A DNA stretch of 36,072 nucleotides, taken from positions 1 to 36,072 of the forward strand of contig CAZSWP010000037.1 of NCBI GenBank assembly GCA_964610875.1, in the 5' to 3' direction. The notes below the pieces were generated by a model, which was not told where the DNA came from, made no database searches, and saw only the letters and a program-made list of their open reading frames with translations. Both the position numbers and the translations under genes were made by a program. Source of the DNA: an uncultured archaeon. Its GTDB lineage: Archaea > Asgardarchaeota > Thorarchaeia > Thorarchaeales > Thorarchaeaceae. This document shows, in pieces, positions 1 to 9,991 of this stretch. Position 1 is the first letter of the stretch; the number at the start of each line of letters is the position of its first letter.

Positions 1-84
1 TATGGAGGTACATCACTCTGGTGTCCAAGTTTGTACAAGTTACAATGAACGGTTATCTTCCAATCAATTCAATGGCGTTATTCC

Positions 85-735
85 TTGTTTGAACATCTAG
101 AATATTCTGGTTATAATGGACGAGCTATCTCTTGTACGTTGTACAGCAATAATGAGACCAAGGATCTAGCAATCATTCTTCCAGGAAGAGGCTATACTAG
201 TCATATGCCACTTCTATATTATTCTGCAGATATGTTATCAAATATGAGCAAGAATGTATTGACGGTGAATCATAACTATTCGTTAGATCCAATATATTCT
301 GAAGGAGACGTTGAAACACGCGAGCGTATATTGCGACGGGACATTCAATCTCTTCATTCTACAATCAGTGAAAGATTAGAACTCGTTCCAAAGTATCTTG
401 TAGTCAAGTCACTTGGTACAAAATCAGCCCTCATACTTTTGGAAATTCATGAGGAATACTTGGATTGTAAATACATATGGATGACACCGGTAATCAACAA
501 GTACACAGTAGATGAGATTATGAAGTACAAACCGGAGTCAATGTTTATCATCGGGACAGCAGACCCGTTCTATAATAAGCTTGATCTTGAAGAACTAGTA
601 AAAGCTACGAATGGAAAACTCTTGGAGATTGATGATGCAAATCATAGTATGCAAGTACCATCAGGGACAATTGACTCCTTGGAAATCCTGTTACGTATTG
701 TAAGAGAAATGCAAGATTTTTTGAGAGAAAAATGA
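85..735 (+). CDS. Alpha/beta hydrolase family protein
   Basis: 216 aa. Has LPGRGY oxyanion motif, VKSLG nucleophile elbow, GTAD Asp and ANHS His. TTG start. Confidence 0.8.
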   Translation: MFEHLEYSGYNGRAISCTLYSNNETKDLAIILPGRGYTSHMPLLYYSADMLSNMSKNVLTVNHNYSLDPIYSEGDVETRERILRRDIQSLHSTISERLELVPKYLVVKSLGTKSALILLEIHEEYLDCKYIWMTPVINKYTVDEIMKYKPESMFIIGTADPFYNKLDLEELVKATNGKLLEIDDANHSMQVPSGTIDSLEILLRIVREMQDFLREK

Positions 736-736
736 T

Positions 737-2095
737 TCATTTCTGAAGGATGATTACCCATTCACCCATCATCCGTTCTTTTCTTGGAATCCTTATGAAA
801 TGGCGAATTAGTCCTGAGAAGAAACATCTATCCAGATTAAACCCAACCGCATCTGATGTTGCAATCTCAGACAGTATATCATGGGATTTGACGCGCACTT
901 CACGGATGACATTGTTTCCTATTGCAATACAATAGCGAGCACCAGTCTTCAACACACGATAGGTTTCTTGTAATTGCTTCATCATATCTTCGAAAAATTT
1001 GTAGACAATATATGACCGACGAGGATCGGTTTCATATATGTTCGATAGGATTTCATTCAAACCATCGTAGGGAGTTGTTCGCAATTCAGAGTATTCTTCA
1101 CTATAGACAGTTTCAGTGCCAATATATTTTCTCTTCATTTTTGATAGCGGACCATCAGGAGCTAGACCCAACCAGTACATCTCAAGTTGATGTGTGCGAG
1201 GATAATCAACCGCATTTATGTAGGGGGGAGAAGTGATAGCTAAGTCAATACTCTCACTTCTAAGGCAGATATCCGTAGCACTCCCACCCACTATGAATGG
1301 GGGATGCCAATCTATCTCATTCAACTTGGCATGGAACTCCATCATCGAGCCCAATTGCAATTCTACCACTTGCTTGAATTTCTCAATCGCTACGCCTTTG
1401 GGAAGGTCCTTTCTAAGATCCTGACGAATCACCGTTCTTGTACAATGAGGGTCTGCATTTGATACATCTCGAACTATGGAGGAGAAAAGGACTAGGAAGA
1501 AAGTTTTGATGGCAGGACTTTTCTCATAAGCAAAAATGAGTTCAATCGCATCCTTGATGACACCCAACTCATTGAGAATATGAGGTTTGAACCAATTATC
1601 TCGGTAGTTGAATGTTGGGATTGTAGGCGAATATCCAGTTCTGATGAATTCATCAATTCGTCTTCTAAGATCATTCCATATCTTATGAAGAGAATAACGA
1701 CTAATTGGTGTTGTCTTCGCCTTTGATATCATTTGTGCCATAGGATCAATATCAAAACCAATAGACCTCCGTTTATTGAGAAGCGATTCAAGTATTACCG
1801 TACCACTCCCACACATGGGATCAAGAATCATATCATTTGGATTCGAATATCGTTTAAGGAGATAGCGTGGGAGTTCTGGAAAGAATTTTGCAGGAAATTT
1901 ATGGATGCCATGAGTCAAGAAAGATTGATCCTTACTGATGATTAGTACTTCTGCACCATCGGGAATAGTGAGATTTTCATCGATATCTCCATTGAATTCG
2001 AAATCAATTGATGTGTCTTCTTCGACCGACGATGCGTCTGCTTTTTCATAACTATTCATGAGTAAGTGCATCCAATCTATAGATATGGAAAACAA
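737..2095 (-). CDS. DNA amino-methyltransferase (N4-C/N6-A family, SPPY type), orphan
   Basis: THGIHKFPAKF motif X, then DPMCGSGT SAM-binding motif I, then TSPPY motif IV. True start may be 2071 or 2059. Confidence 0.85.
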   Translation of the reverse strand: MFSISIDWMHLLMNSYEKADASSVEEDTSIDFEFNGDIDENLTIPDGAEVLIISKDQSFLTHGIHKFPAKFFPELPRYLLKRYSNPNDMILDPMCGSGTVILESLLNKRRSIGFDIDPMAQMISKAKTTPISRYSLHKIWNDLRRRIDEFIRTGYSPTIPTFNYRDNWFKPHILNELGVIKDAIELIFAYEKSPAIKTFFLVLFSSIVRDVSNADPHCTRTVIRQDLRKDLPKGVAIEKFKQVVELQLGSMMEFHAKLNEIDWHPPFIVGGSATDICLRSESIDLAITSPPYINAVDYPRTHQLEMYWLGLAPDGPLSKMKRKYIGTETVYSEEYSELRTTPYDGLNEILSNIYETDPRRSYIVYKFFEDMMKQLQETYRVLKTGARYCIAIGNNVIREVRVKSHDILSEIATSDAVGFNLDRCFFSGLIRHFIRIPRKERMMGEWVIILQK

Positions 2096-2289
2096 CCACC
2101 AATGTATCCCATAAAACTAGTGGCTTTTATACTGACAAAGTTCGTTAATCAACGTAATGGAATATATCAAAATCAAAACCTTCAAATTGAAAAATCAATA
2201 CGATGTTTATTCGGTTTGACACGCCAGAGGAGGAGATTGAACGCTCAACTCCCGGTCAAACTTCATAGAAAATATGGAGAATCGCTAAA

Positions 2290-2619
2290 ATGGCAACTGA
2301 TCTAAAGAAAATCGGTGGACTTCTAATCTTGATAGGCGGTATTCTAGGATTACTCTTCGGAATACTCGGTCTTCTTGGAATGGGTATCGCTCTACTGCCG
2401 TCAGTGGATTTGGCATTCCTTGGAATCATTGGATCAATAATTTTGATAGTCCTCTCATTGATTGTATTAGCAACCAGTGGAGTTATAAAAATCGCAATGC
2501 TAAAGATGGACAATACATGGGTCATTAATCTGATTCTTGGTATCTTGATGTACATCTTTGGAGGAGGATTAGGAGCAATCCTAGTTATTATTGGTGCTAT
2601 CCTCTATATGATAAAGTAG
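2290..2619 (+). CDS. Small Gly-rich multi-TM membrane protein
   Basis: 109 aa, about 4 hydrophobic segments. Clear paralog of 4128..4496. Confidence 0.8.
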   Translation: MATDLKKIGGLLILIGGILGLLFGILGLLGMGIALLPSVDLAFLGIIGSIILIVLSLIVLATSGVIKIAMLKMDNTWVINLILGILMYIFGGGLGAILVIIGAILYMIK

Positions 2620-2686
2620 AACATGAAAATGGAAATTGGAAGGCAGAGTGGAAAGTAACATTTCTAGGCTGCCTTTCTTTCTTCTT

Positions 2687-4036
2687 TTATTTCGAATCGC
2701 TAATAGCTCTATCAATCCGACCTACCACATCGTCAATCTCAGCCTTAGTGATGATGTAACTTGGGGTAAGACGGATACAATTTTGACCAGCTCCAAGAAT
2801 CCAAAGATGCTGTTTCTGAACTGCATTTTTAACAATTGCATCGCGTAATTTTGGTGCTTTCTCTTTCGTCCTTTTATCTTTGACAATTTCAATGCCAACC
2901 ATGAGACCCAAACCACGAACATCGCCCACAACATCGTGCTTATCCTTGAGTTCATTCAGTCGTTCAATGAGATAAGCTCCTTTCTCGGCGTTCTTCTTCA
3001 GATAGTCACCATCTTCAATCTGTTTCAAGATGAAAATAGAGAGAAGAGACATCTTTGGTTCGGCAGAGAAGGTTTCAGAGTGACGAGAGCCCCCAGTATA
3101 CATTGGAGCAGGACCAATAGATGCACCCATTGGATATCCACCACCAAGGGCCTTTGCCATGCAAATATAATCTGGAACAACACCATGATTCTCAATTGCA
3201 CACCACTTTCCAGTTCTCCCCATTCCAGCTTGAACCTCATCTGACATGAAGTAAGAACCATTTTCTTTCGTCACCTCATACATGCCTTTCACAGCTTTTG
3301 CAGGAGGTACAATGAGACCACCTTCTCCACACAATGGTTCCATCACTGTTGCAGCAATATCGTTTCCTTCCACTTGAAGGGCGTAACGTAAAGCTTCAAC
3401 ACATTCTAGATTACAATCCTCTACATCCTGACCATAAGGACATCTGTAGCAATATGGATAGAATACTCGAATGACATCTACTCCCTGTGGAAATCCAGCT
3501 TTGTGTTTCCAGTTTGTAGAAGTGAGAGCCAATGCATAACCAGTCCTACCATGAAATGCTGGCCTGAATGCAACAAAACGGCGTTTACCTGAAAGGTCCA
3601 TTGCAGACTTCATGCACCCCTCAACTGCACGTCCTCCTGAGGTTGTGAATACTACGCGTTTCTTGTGGTCGCCAGGAGTAATCTCTGATAGTTTTTCTGC
3701 TAGCAATGTTTGAGGAATGGCATCAAAATCCATTCCAGGAAGCTCTCGGATTACATCATTAATCCTCATCTCAAATTCAAGAGATGGCTTATGTTGCAGA
3801 CCTAATGCTCTTACAGCAACACCACCAGTGACATCGAGATACTCGGTTCCTTCGATATCGTAAATCTTCGTGCCTTCACCACGAGTATGATCCAAACAAC
3901 CGTAGACATCTCTGTCTTGTGTGGTTATTGCAAGAGCCTCAGCAGCCCTTTTCTTCCAGTAATCATTGGTCATTGTTTGGGGACCTAAATCATAACCCAG
4001 TTCCTTTAGAATTTGAATGTGCTTTTCGTCCATCAC
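2687..4036 (-). CDS. Class-III PLP-dependent aminotransferase (GabT/ArgD-like)
   Basis: FHGRT, EPLCGEGG, DEVQAGMGRTG, MAKALGGG (PLP lysine) and DVRGLGLM motifs. Confidence 0.92.
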   Translation of the reverse strand: MMDEKHIQILKELGYDLGPQTMTNDYWKKRAAEALAITTQDRDVYGCLDHTRGEGTKIYDIEGTEYLDVTGGVAVRALGLQHKPSLEFEMRINDVIRELPGMDFDAIPQTLLAEKLSEITPGDHKKRVVFTTSGGRAVEGCMKSAMDLSGKRRFVAFRPAFHGRTGYALALTSTNWKHKAGFPQGVDVIRVFYPYCYRCPYGQDVEDCNLECVEALRYALQVEGNDIAATVMEPLCGEGGLIVPPAKAVKGMYEVTKENGSYFMSDEVQAGMGRTGKWCAIENHGVVPDYICMAKALGGGYPMGASIGPAPMYTGGSRHSETFSAEPKMSLLSIFILKQIEDGDYLKKNAEKGAYLIERLNELKDKHDVVGDVRGLGLMVGIEIVKDKRTKEKAPKLRDAIVKNAVQKQHLWILGAGQNCIRLTPSYIITKAEIDDVVGRIDRAISDSK

Positions 4037-4127
4037 TTACACTGTCCATGGATAAGCAAGTCTTTTGCGGACAGCGGCACATTATCTAATTTGCGATACG
4101 TGCCAAAGCAAGAAGAACCAGTAATAA

Positions 4128-4496
4128 TCAGAATAGAAGCAAAATCGCACCAATAATCACTAGAAGGCCACCAAGCGTACCGCCTAATACATACATCACT
4201 AATCCGAGTATGAGATAGATTATCCAACTGCGACCAAGTTCCAACGGATCAAAATCAATCTTACCGCTTGATGCAAGGGTGATAATAGAAACCAAAATGA
4301 GCGAACCACCACGAAAAATCGTGGTAAGAGCTCCTAATATTCCACTCAAATTTAGTGTTGGTAGAAAAGTTATACCAACACCCAAGTCTAGAATAAACAA
4401 AATGCCGAAGAAGAGAGAAACCAGAGTCCCAAGAAGAATAAGAATCTCACCTAATCTTTGCGCATCAGATTTCCTCTTCTTTGACACATTCTGCAC
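4128..4496 (-). CDS. Small Gly-rich multi-TM membrane protein
   Basis: 122 aa, hydrophobic. C-terminus WIIYLILGLVMYVLGGTLGGLLVIIGAIL matches 2290..2619. Confidence 0.8.
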   Translation of the reverse strand: MQNVSKKRKSDAQRLGEILILLGTLVSLFFGILFILDLGVGITFLPTLNLSGILGALTTIFRGGSLILVSIITLASSGKIDFDPLELGRSWIIYLILGLVMYVLGGTLGGLLVIIGAILLLF

Positions 4497-4499
4497 ATC

Positions 4500-4871
4500 C
4501 TACGATTTTTCACCAATCAGTAAGATTCCAGCCAGCAAAATCATTAGTCCAGCCAGAGTACCCAAGTTGTTCAACCATCCAAGAATATCGAATGTCAATG
4601 TTCTTACTACTAGAATGATGGAGATGAAACCTATGAGTGCAAGAAGAATTCCAGAACGTTGTATTTTCCAGTTCACAAAACCACATGCATCAAAGGCAAG
4701 TAGCACCATCAGCAAAAGAGCAATAGCAAGAACTACATCAATCAATGCTTCAAAGATTCCACCTAAGACTCCGTTTAGACCATTGATAAGCCATTGAATA
4801 CCATAAAGAAGGAGCACAAGTCCACCCAAAACCGTGTATCCCTGTGCTGCACCTACTGCTTTACAACCCAT
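4500..4871 (-). CDS. Small multi-TM membrane protein
   Basis: Start moved to ATG 4871 (MGCKAV), which has GGAGG upstream. About 4 hydrophobic helices, 3-nt gap to the next gene. Confidence 0.75.
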   Translation of the reverse strand: MGCKAVGAAQGYTVLGGLVLLLYGIQWLINGLNGVLGGIFEALIDVVLAIALLLMVLLAFDACGFVNWKIQRSGILLALIGFISIILVVRTLTFDILGWLNNLGTLAGLMILLAGILLIGEKS

Positions 4872-5058
4872 AATATTGTCCTCCAGAACATATTGTAGCA
4901 TACATCTACAAATTTTCTGACTTACTAATGATGTACGAATCACACTATAAATAGACTCCGAGAGGCTTTTTCCTCCAAAGTATGGACTACCCACATAATA
5001 CACAGGGTTGTATTTCTGTAAAACATGGTTTTGGTGTCAACCAAGAGGTGCCCAGTGA

Positions 5059-5916
5059 ATGTATTCTGGATATGGAGAAGATAAACGCGAAGATAGACCA
5101 GTTCGACTCGACAGAACAGAGGGTACTGTTGTAATTGAAGGAAGAGTGTATCCTGCACGAGAGATTGTAGAAGCTCTTGCTCAAAGTGGATATACTGAAA
5201 TTAGATTCCAAGGAGATTCATTAATTCTGGGGAGAAGAAGAGTTGCACCAATATTCAAATCGCGAAAAGAGCGCGCAATGGCTGCTCTCTGTCATGGAAG
5301 TCTTGCATACTGTTGTCCGATGTCAAAGAGATGTGCACAGAGAGACCGAGCATTGGAGATTCTTGGATTGACTAAAGACGACTATGATAAGATGAAGAGT
5401 GATGCCCATTGTCAATTTGTTGATGCTTCACGACAACATACGTCCGATGACTTTTCATGGTCAAGAAGGACATCAGACAGAATGGCAAATCGTCCAGCTG
5501 TTGACAGAGGATTTGGATCAGACGACTATCAACGAGATTTTGATGTTCTTGATAGAGCCCTGCAGAGTGACAGAACGCCCCATAGAGAGAATCGTGGTTG
5601 GAGAGATGAAGAGAGTTCAAGAAGACATCAACTCGAACCGGGATCGGAAATAAGGCGTTCAGGCAATCCTTTCACGGATATGCCCATGGATGGGAGTTTG
5701 ATGGATGAAATGAGAAGATCAACAGAGAGTCTCGCATGTAGGTCTTGTAACGATGAGTCAGTTGATGGAATTGGGTCGTTGTTCTCACAGGGAGAGCTCA
5801 GTCCTTACAAAGATGAATCATCAAGGGATAGTTCTCAATTGAATTTTTGTTTCTCCTGTGGAAGAACTTTTGAACCAGGGACTAAAGTATGCCCGTTCTG
5901 TGGTGTGCCTCAGTAA
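5059..5916 (+). CDS. Cys-cluster protein (methanogenesis-marker-9-like unit) with C-terminal zinc ribbon
   Basis: CHGSLAYCCPMSKRCAQRDRAL motif, charged low-complexity linker, terminal CFSC-x10-CPFC. GAGGTG RBS upstream. Confidence 0.7.
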   Translation: MYSGYGEDKREDRPVRLDRTEGTVVIEGRVYPAREIVEALAQSGYTEIRFQGDSLILGRRRVAPIFKSRKERAMAALCHGSLAYCCPMSKRCAQRDRALEILGLTKDDYDKMKSDAHCQFVDASRQHTSDDFSWSRRTSDRMANRPAVDRGFGSDDYQRDFDVLDRALQSDRTPHRENRGWRDEESSRRHQLEPGSEIRRSGNPFTDMPMDGSLMDEMRRSTESLACRSCNDESVDGIGSLFSQGELSPYKDESSRDSSQLNFCFSCGRTFEPGTKVCPFCGVPQ

Positions 5917-6965
5917 TTCCCAATTGCAGCTTCTCTGCGACGTGAATAATCATTTGGGTAATGAAAAGTTGTGACAATACGGTCAATGCCCGCATCAGCT
6001 GCTAAGGTCTTCAGTTCTCGGAGTTGTTCCATCGTGGTAACACCCCATCTGAATAGAGATGCACGACCACCGCGTCGCCCAAACTCGTTTGTAAAGTACA
6101 GTGACTCTACAAGATTATCATATTCTTTTGTGCCCTTTTCAGGTAATAATGGAGACCATGGAAACAGATTGATAAGAACATTCTTTGTGATATCACCAAT
6201 ACGTTTGTAGTCATATCCATACTCATTCTTTGCGCCTTCTGCGAGGCCTGTTTCTGGGTCAAGCAGAACCTCCACTGCAAGACGTAATGGTTCCTCTCTT
6301 CCAACAGCTTGGTCTACTTCGCGTGCAGCATCCTGTAAATATGAGAAACCTTCGTGTAACTTATTGGACCTGAAACGATGCCACTCTGCGTGATAGTCAG
6401 GATTTTCAGTTATGTATGCATAGTTTAGCCGATCTGGTTCCGTATTGACCAAGGGGGCGAATTCCTTTCGGCATCTATCACAGAAACAGAATTGATCACG
6501 TATATATCCTGTGCCGAAAAGGAGGATCTCCTCAATCGGATATGACCCGATTTCCTTTACAATCTCAGCACCATACTGCCAAAACTCCTCTCGGTTTGGA
6601 CATATTTGATGTTCCATTGCTTTCCCATTAGCGGTCATTGTCTGATACTTGGGATCCTTAGCAAACCAACTATCAGTGTAAAAATCCATACCAATCACAC
6701 CTTTAATTCCCAATGCATGCGTGAGCTCAACCCATTCCTCAAAGAATTGTGTGTACGCCTCATTTACTGGAGCTGTACGACTTGGATAGAAGGCATGACC
6801 AGTGGGCGCCTTCCCAACTAGCCCCACGCTTTCCATATACGAAGCGTAAGTAGAAAGAAACTCTTTTGCAGACATCTCCACATCTTCTGGTTTCAGGAGA
6901 ATGACCATCTTTTGCATGAAGAACTCGCGATAGTTGATTTTCATATCATATGGCCCCTTACTCAA
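5910..6965 (-). CDS. Putative glycoside-hydrolase-like TIM-barrel protein (GHL10/GH42-like) with CxCxxC motif
   Basis: 351 aa. ICPN and FCFCDRCRKEF...W.RFR pattern typical of these barrels. Confidence 0.55.
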   Translation of the reverse strand: MSKGPYDMKINYREFFMQKMVILLKPEDVEMSAKEFLSTYASYMESVGLVGKAPTGHAFYPSRTAPVNEAYTQFFEEWVELTHALGIKGVIGMDFYTDSWFAKDPKYQTMTANGKAMEHQICPNREEFWQYGAEIVKEIGSYPIEEILLFGTGYIRDQFCFCDRCRKEFAPLVNTEPDRLNYAYITENPDYHAEWHRFRSNKLHEGFSYLQDAAREVDQAVGREEPLRLAVEVLLDPETGLAEGAKNEYGYDYKRIGDITKNVLINLFPWSPLLPEKGTKEYDNLVESLYFTNEFGRRGGRASLFRWGVTTMEQLRELKTLAADAGIDRIVTTFHYPNDYSRRREAAIGNY

Positions 6966-7065
6966 TATTGGAATCAGTACTGATGATTACTTGCTTGTAT
7001 TCAAACGTTCGCTAAAAGCATTTCTTCGCTAGACTGACTACCTGATATGTGTTTTACATTCCTAG

Positions 7066-9894
7066 TTAAAAGAACTCCTCTAGTGTAGTAAATCCCAATA
7101 ATGACTCAAAATCAAGCCCTATTGACTCAAGAACCTGCTCAAACACAGAACGTAATGTATCGATATACTTGTCTTTATCAATCCAATAGCTAGTTTCCTT
7201 AGCCATGGGAACGGGTAGTATATCATCACGACCCTTGGTTTTTATATACTCTACAAGCATTCCAGCTTGTACATCATGACCAGCATCTTCTAACATATGG
7301 GCAGCTCGTACATGTTGTGGTTTTACATCCCCATATTGTGAGAGGGTTTTTGTCAATTGTACTCTATATGCAAGTTCTTCTGGAGTATATTCTTCTGCTT
7401 TCCCTTCAAGTCGATCAATGACACGATTTATTATCTCACGGATCTCTTCACGTGCAGTATCAAAGCCATCAGGACTATCAACTTTGGCTAAAGCTTCTAA
7501 CATCTCATTGAATGCCTTTTGGATGAATAGAGGTGTGTTTCGTTTCTTGCCGCTCAGTCCTTTTACTTCAACATAGCCAGATTGATAGACTCCGATGTAA
7601 TTCTTCTTCCTATCTGAAAGCGCAACATACTTGTAAGTCTTTTCAACCTCTAGGTCGATACCAAGGAATTTGCTGGACCACTTGACTAGTTCTTGTTGTT
7701 GCTCCATTGAGGGATTATCTAAGAAGACCGAATCAGTATCACCATATAGAACGCGAATCCCCATAGATTCAGCTTTTTCTTTCGTTCTAACAATGGCATT
7801 TCGACCATAAGCTGTAACACTCTCTGCTGCGGGCATACAAAACAGTTCAAAGTGTTGAGCACCCGTGACCCCATAGGAAGCATTAACGAACACTTTCAGT
7901 GCTTTTTCAACAACAGTATACCAATTTCGTGTCTTTTCATCAATAGACGTGTCTTTGCTCTTTCCTTTGAACCACTTAACACGAGTATCTCTGAAGAAGC
8001 CAATAGTCTGACTAATCATACCTCGGTTCTTCTTACATATCCAATGATCTGTTTCTGGAACTCGATTGTCATCAGCATTTCTACACTCTTCATGAGGACA
8101 ATCTACAGTTTCGTAGCTGATGTTATGTCGTTTCATAATAGTTGGATACAGGCTGGCAAAGTCCAAGACGGTAGCATTGAAGTGAACGCCTGCAACAGGT
8201 TCTATAACAATGGCACCCTTGAAAGCCTTGTCCTTTATCATTGCTTCAGTATGGGGATCACTTGCTTTGAGAGTGCGTATTTCTTCAGGTTGGGGTATGA
8301 GTATGTTTCTTGAGCGATGTTCCTGTCTGAATAGTGACTGGATCCACGAAGATATCCCTAGTCTTGTCACATCTTCCATTGATAGTCGGGATATTCGCAT
8401 GAGTAATATAATGAGTCTGAGTAAGAGATTATCATCAAACTGGGTGATCCTAAGAGTGATGTTTGCATCTAACCAACAGTAATGAGCTAGTTCATGATAA
8501 GGCAGATACGCGATATCAGTACTCAGTTCTAGTTTACCGATATCCAGGAGCCCCTGTGCAATGCTTTCAAGATTGTTTCGTTCGTAGGCCCCAGACATAG
8601 CATATAATCTGATAGAGGGGTTCTTTAGAAATCGATAGAGATCGACATGAATCCCGCCACCAAGAAGTGCAATGTCACGTCCTAGATAGATGGGACAGTG
8701 TTGGTCCAAATTAACGCCAAGTCGTTTTGCTCGGTGATAAAGATAGTTCAAGTCAAACACATCACCAACAAAAGTTAGCACTACAGGGTATTTGTCAATA
8801 ATCCTGAAAGCTTGAATTAGCATCTCTTTCTCGTCTTCGTAATAGACTATATCTAGTTCTTTTGGAAAATCAGGACCTTTTTCGCCAGTCTTATGTCCAG
8901 GTCGTTTGAGAATGAAGCATTTGTTGAAACCTTCGTTATCTGAAAGGCCAATTGCTGTTACTATTTCACTCGCCGTGTTTGCATCAGGAATTCTATTCTT
9001 TTCTGGTGAGAAGACTTCAATGTCTACTGCCAATCTTCTGATATCAGGTACTTCAGTGAAGAACATTGGAGCATATTCTTGGATAATGCGTTCTAATCCG
9101 TCATCCTCTTCTTGAATTATACTCTTGAATTCATTGAGGGTTTTAGTATTGAGGTCGGGAGGACATTCTACCAGATTCCCATTTTCAATTTTGTATATCA
9201 GTCCTGGAACAATTTTCTGATCATACGCATAGCAATTACGATATCTAATTTTCGCTTCCCACGTATGACTGACAATCTCATCTGGCCCAATTCGTTCAGA
9301 AAGCCGGTCTCGGATCGCATCTCTACCACCACCAATGCTCAAGGGGTCCTCTGCGATCACCTTAGTCATTGTTCTAGGCTGATCGCGAAGGAGATCCTTC
9401 AGTTCCACAGTTTCGGTTCGTACTAATCCTCGATGTCCTGCAAGCTTATAGTCAATTGTCTGAGGAGGTAGTTCAGAATAACAGTAAGGAAGATGTCCAG
9501 TATTATCATACCAGAAGTAGATTTTCTTAGATATGGGTTCATAGAGCCGAACGATTGCTTTCTTGAGCGGGCCTGCATAATCCACAGAGAGGAGATAAGA
9601 AGGAGGTAGATTCTTAGGGGATTCTCTTAGTCCAGCTTTTGGTATCGCAAATACCTCTTCTTCCTCATCTACTACTTCAGCCTCATCATCATTTGTTGGA
9701 ACTTCAGTAGACCAACTGCGAGTGGATTTTGATGACGAAGTGGATTGACGAGGCGCAGCTGATTCCTTTCGTTCAGAAGGAGATGACGGATTGTCCTCTA
9801 CCTTTACAGATTCTGATTTCTCAGGATCTGCACTAAAGAAGTCCTCCAGATTTGACTGCTGATCGTCATTACTCTTCTCTTTCAAGTATGCCAC
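7066..9894 (-). CDS. polB1: Family B DNA polymerase, PolB1 clade
   Basis: ExoI DIE, DFASLYP, KVFVNASYG, YGDTDS and KKNY motifs. YDNTGHLPY N-terminal segment resembles Sulfolobus Dpo1. Confidence 0.95.
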   Translation of the reverse strand: MAYLKEKSNDDQQSNLEDFFSADPEKSESVKVEDNPSSPSERKESAAPRQSTSSSKSTRSWSTEVPTNDDEAEVVDEEEEVFAIPKAGLRESPKNLPPSYLLSVDYAGPLKKAIVRLYEPISKKIYFWYDNTGHLPYCYSELPPQTIDYKLAGHRGLVRTETVELKDLLRDQPRTMTKVIAEDPLSIGGGRDAIRDRLSERIGPDEIVSHTWEAKIRYRNCYAYDQKIVPGLIYKIENGNLVECPPDLNTKTLNEFKSIIQEEDDGLERIIQEYAPMFFTEVPDIRRLAVDIEVFSPEKNRIPDANTASEIVTAIGLSDNEGFNKCFILKRPGHKTGEKGPDFPKELDIVYYEDEKEMLIQAFRIIDKYPVVLTFVGDVFDLNYLYHRAKRLGVNLDQHCPIYLGRDIALLGGGIHVDLYRFLKNPSIRLYAMSGAYERNNLESIAQGLLDIGKLELSTDIAYLPYHELAHYCWLDANITLRITQFDDNLLLRLIILLMRISRLSMEDVTRLGISSWIQSLFRQEHRSRNILIPQPEEIRTLKASDPHTEAMIKDKAFKGAIVIEPVAGVHFNATVLDFASLYPTIMKRHNISYETVDCPHEECRNADDNRVPETDHWICKKNRGMISQTIGFFRDTRVKWFKGKSKDTSIDEKTRNWYTVVEKALKVFVNASYGVTGAQHFELFCMPAAESVTAYGRNAIVRTKEKAESMGIRVLYGDTDSVFLDNPSMEQQQELVKWSSKFLGIDLEVEKTYKYVALSDRKKNYIGVYQSGYVEVKGLSGKKRNTPLFIQKAFNEMLEALAKVDSPDGFDTAREEIREIINRVIDRLEGKAEEYTPEELAYRVQLTKTLSQYGDVKPQHVRAAHMLEDAGHDVQAGMLVEYIKTKGRDDILPVPMAKETSYWIDKDKYIDTLRSVFEQVLESIGLDFESLLGFTTLEEFF

Positions 9895-9991
9895 TCACAT
9901 TTTCATGGTTGCTGGGACCTTGATAAGCACTTCCCAATATCATTATGATGATTCCGCTCGCTTCATTAGAGGGTTTCACTTATACCTAATC

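Noticed and set aside
1-48. Possible 3' end of an upstream gene (YGGTSLWCPSLYKLQ-stop)
   Set aside because: Too short to assign a frame or family.
4279-4797. 172-aa Lys/Arg/Ile-rich plus-strand ORF (likewise 2256..2555 and 2066..2305)
   Set aside because: Antisense shadow of hydrophobic membrane-protein genes, or overlap with better-supported genes.
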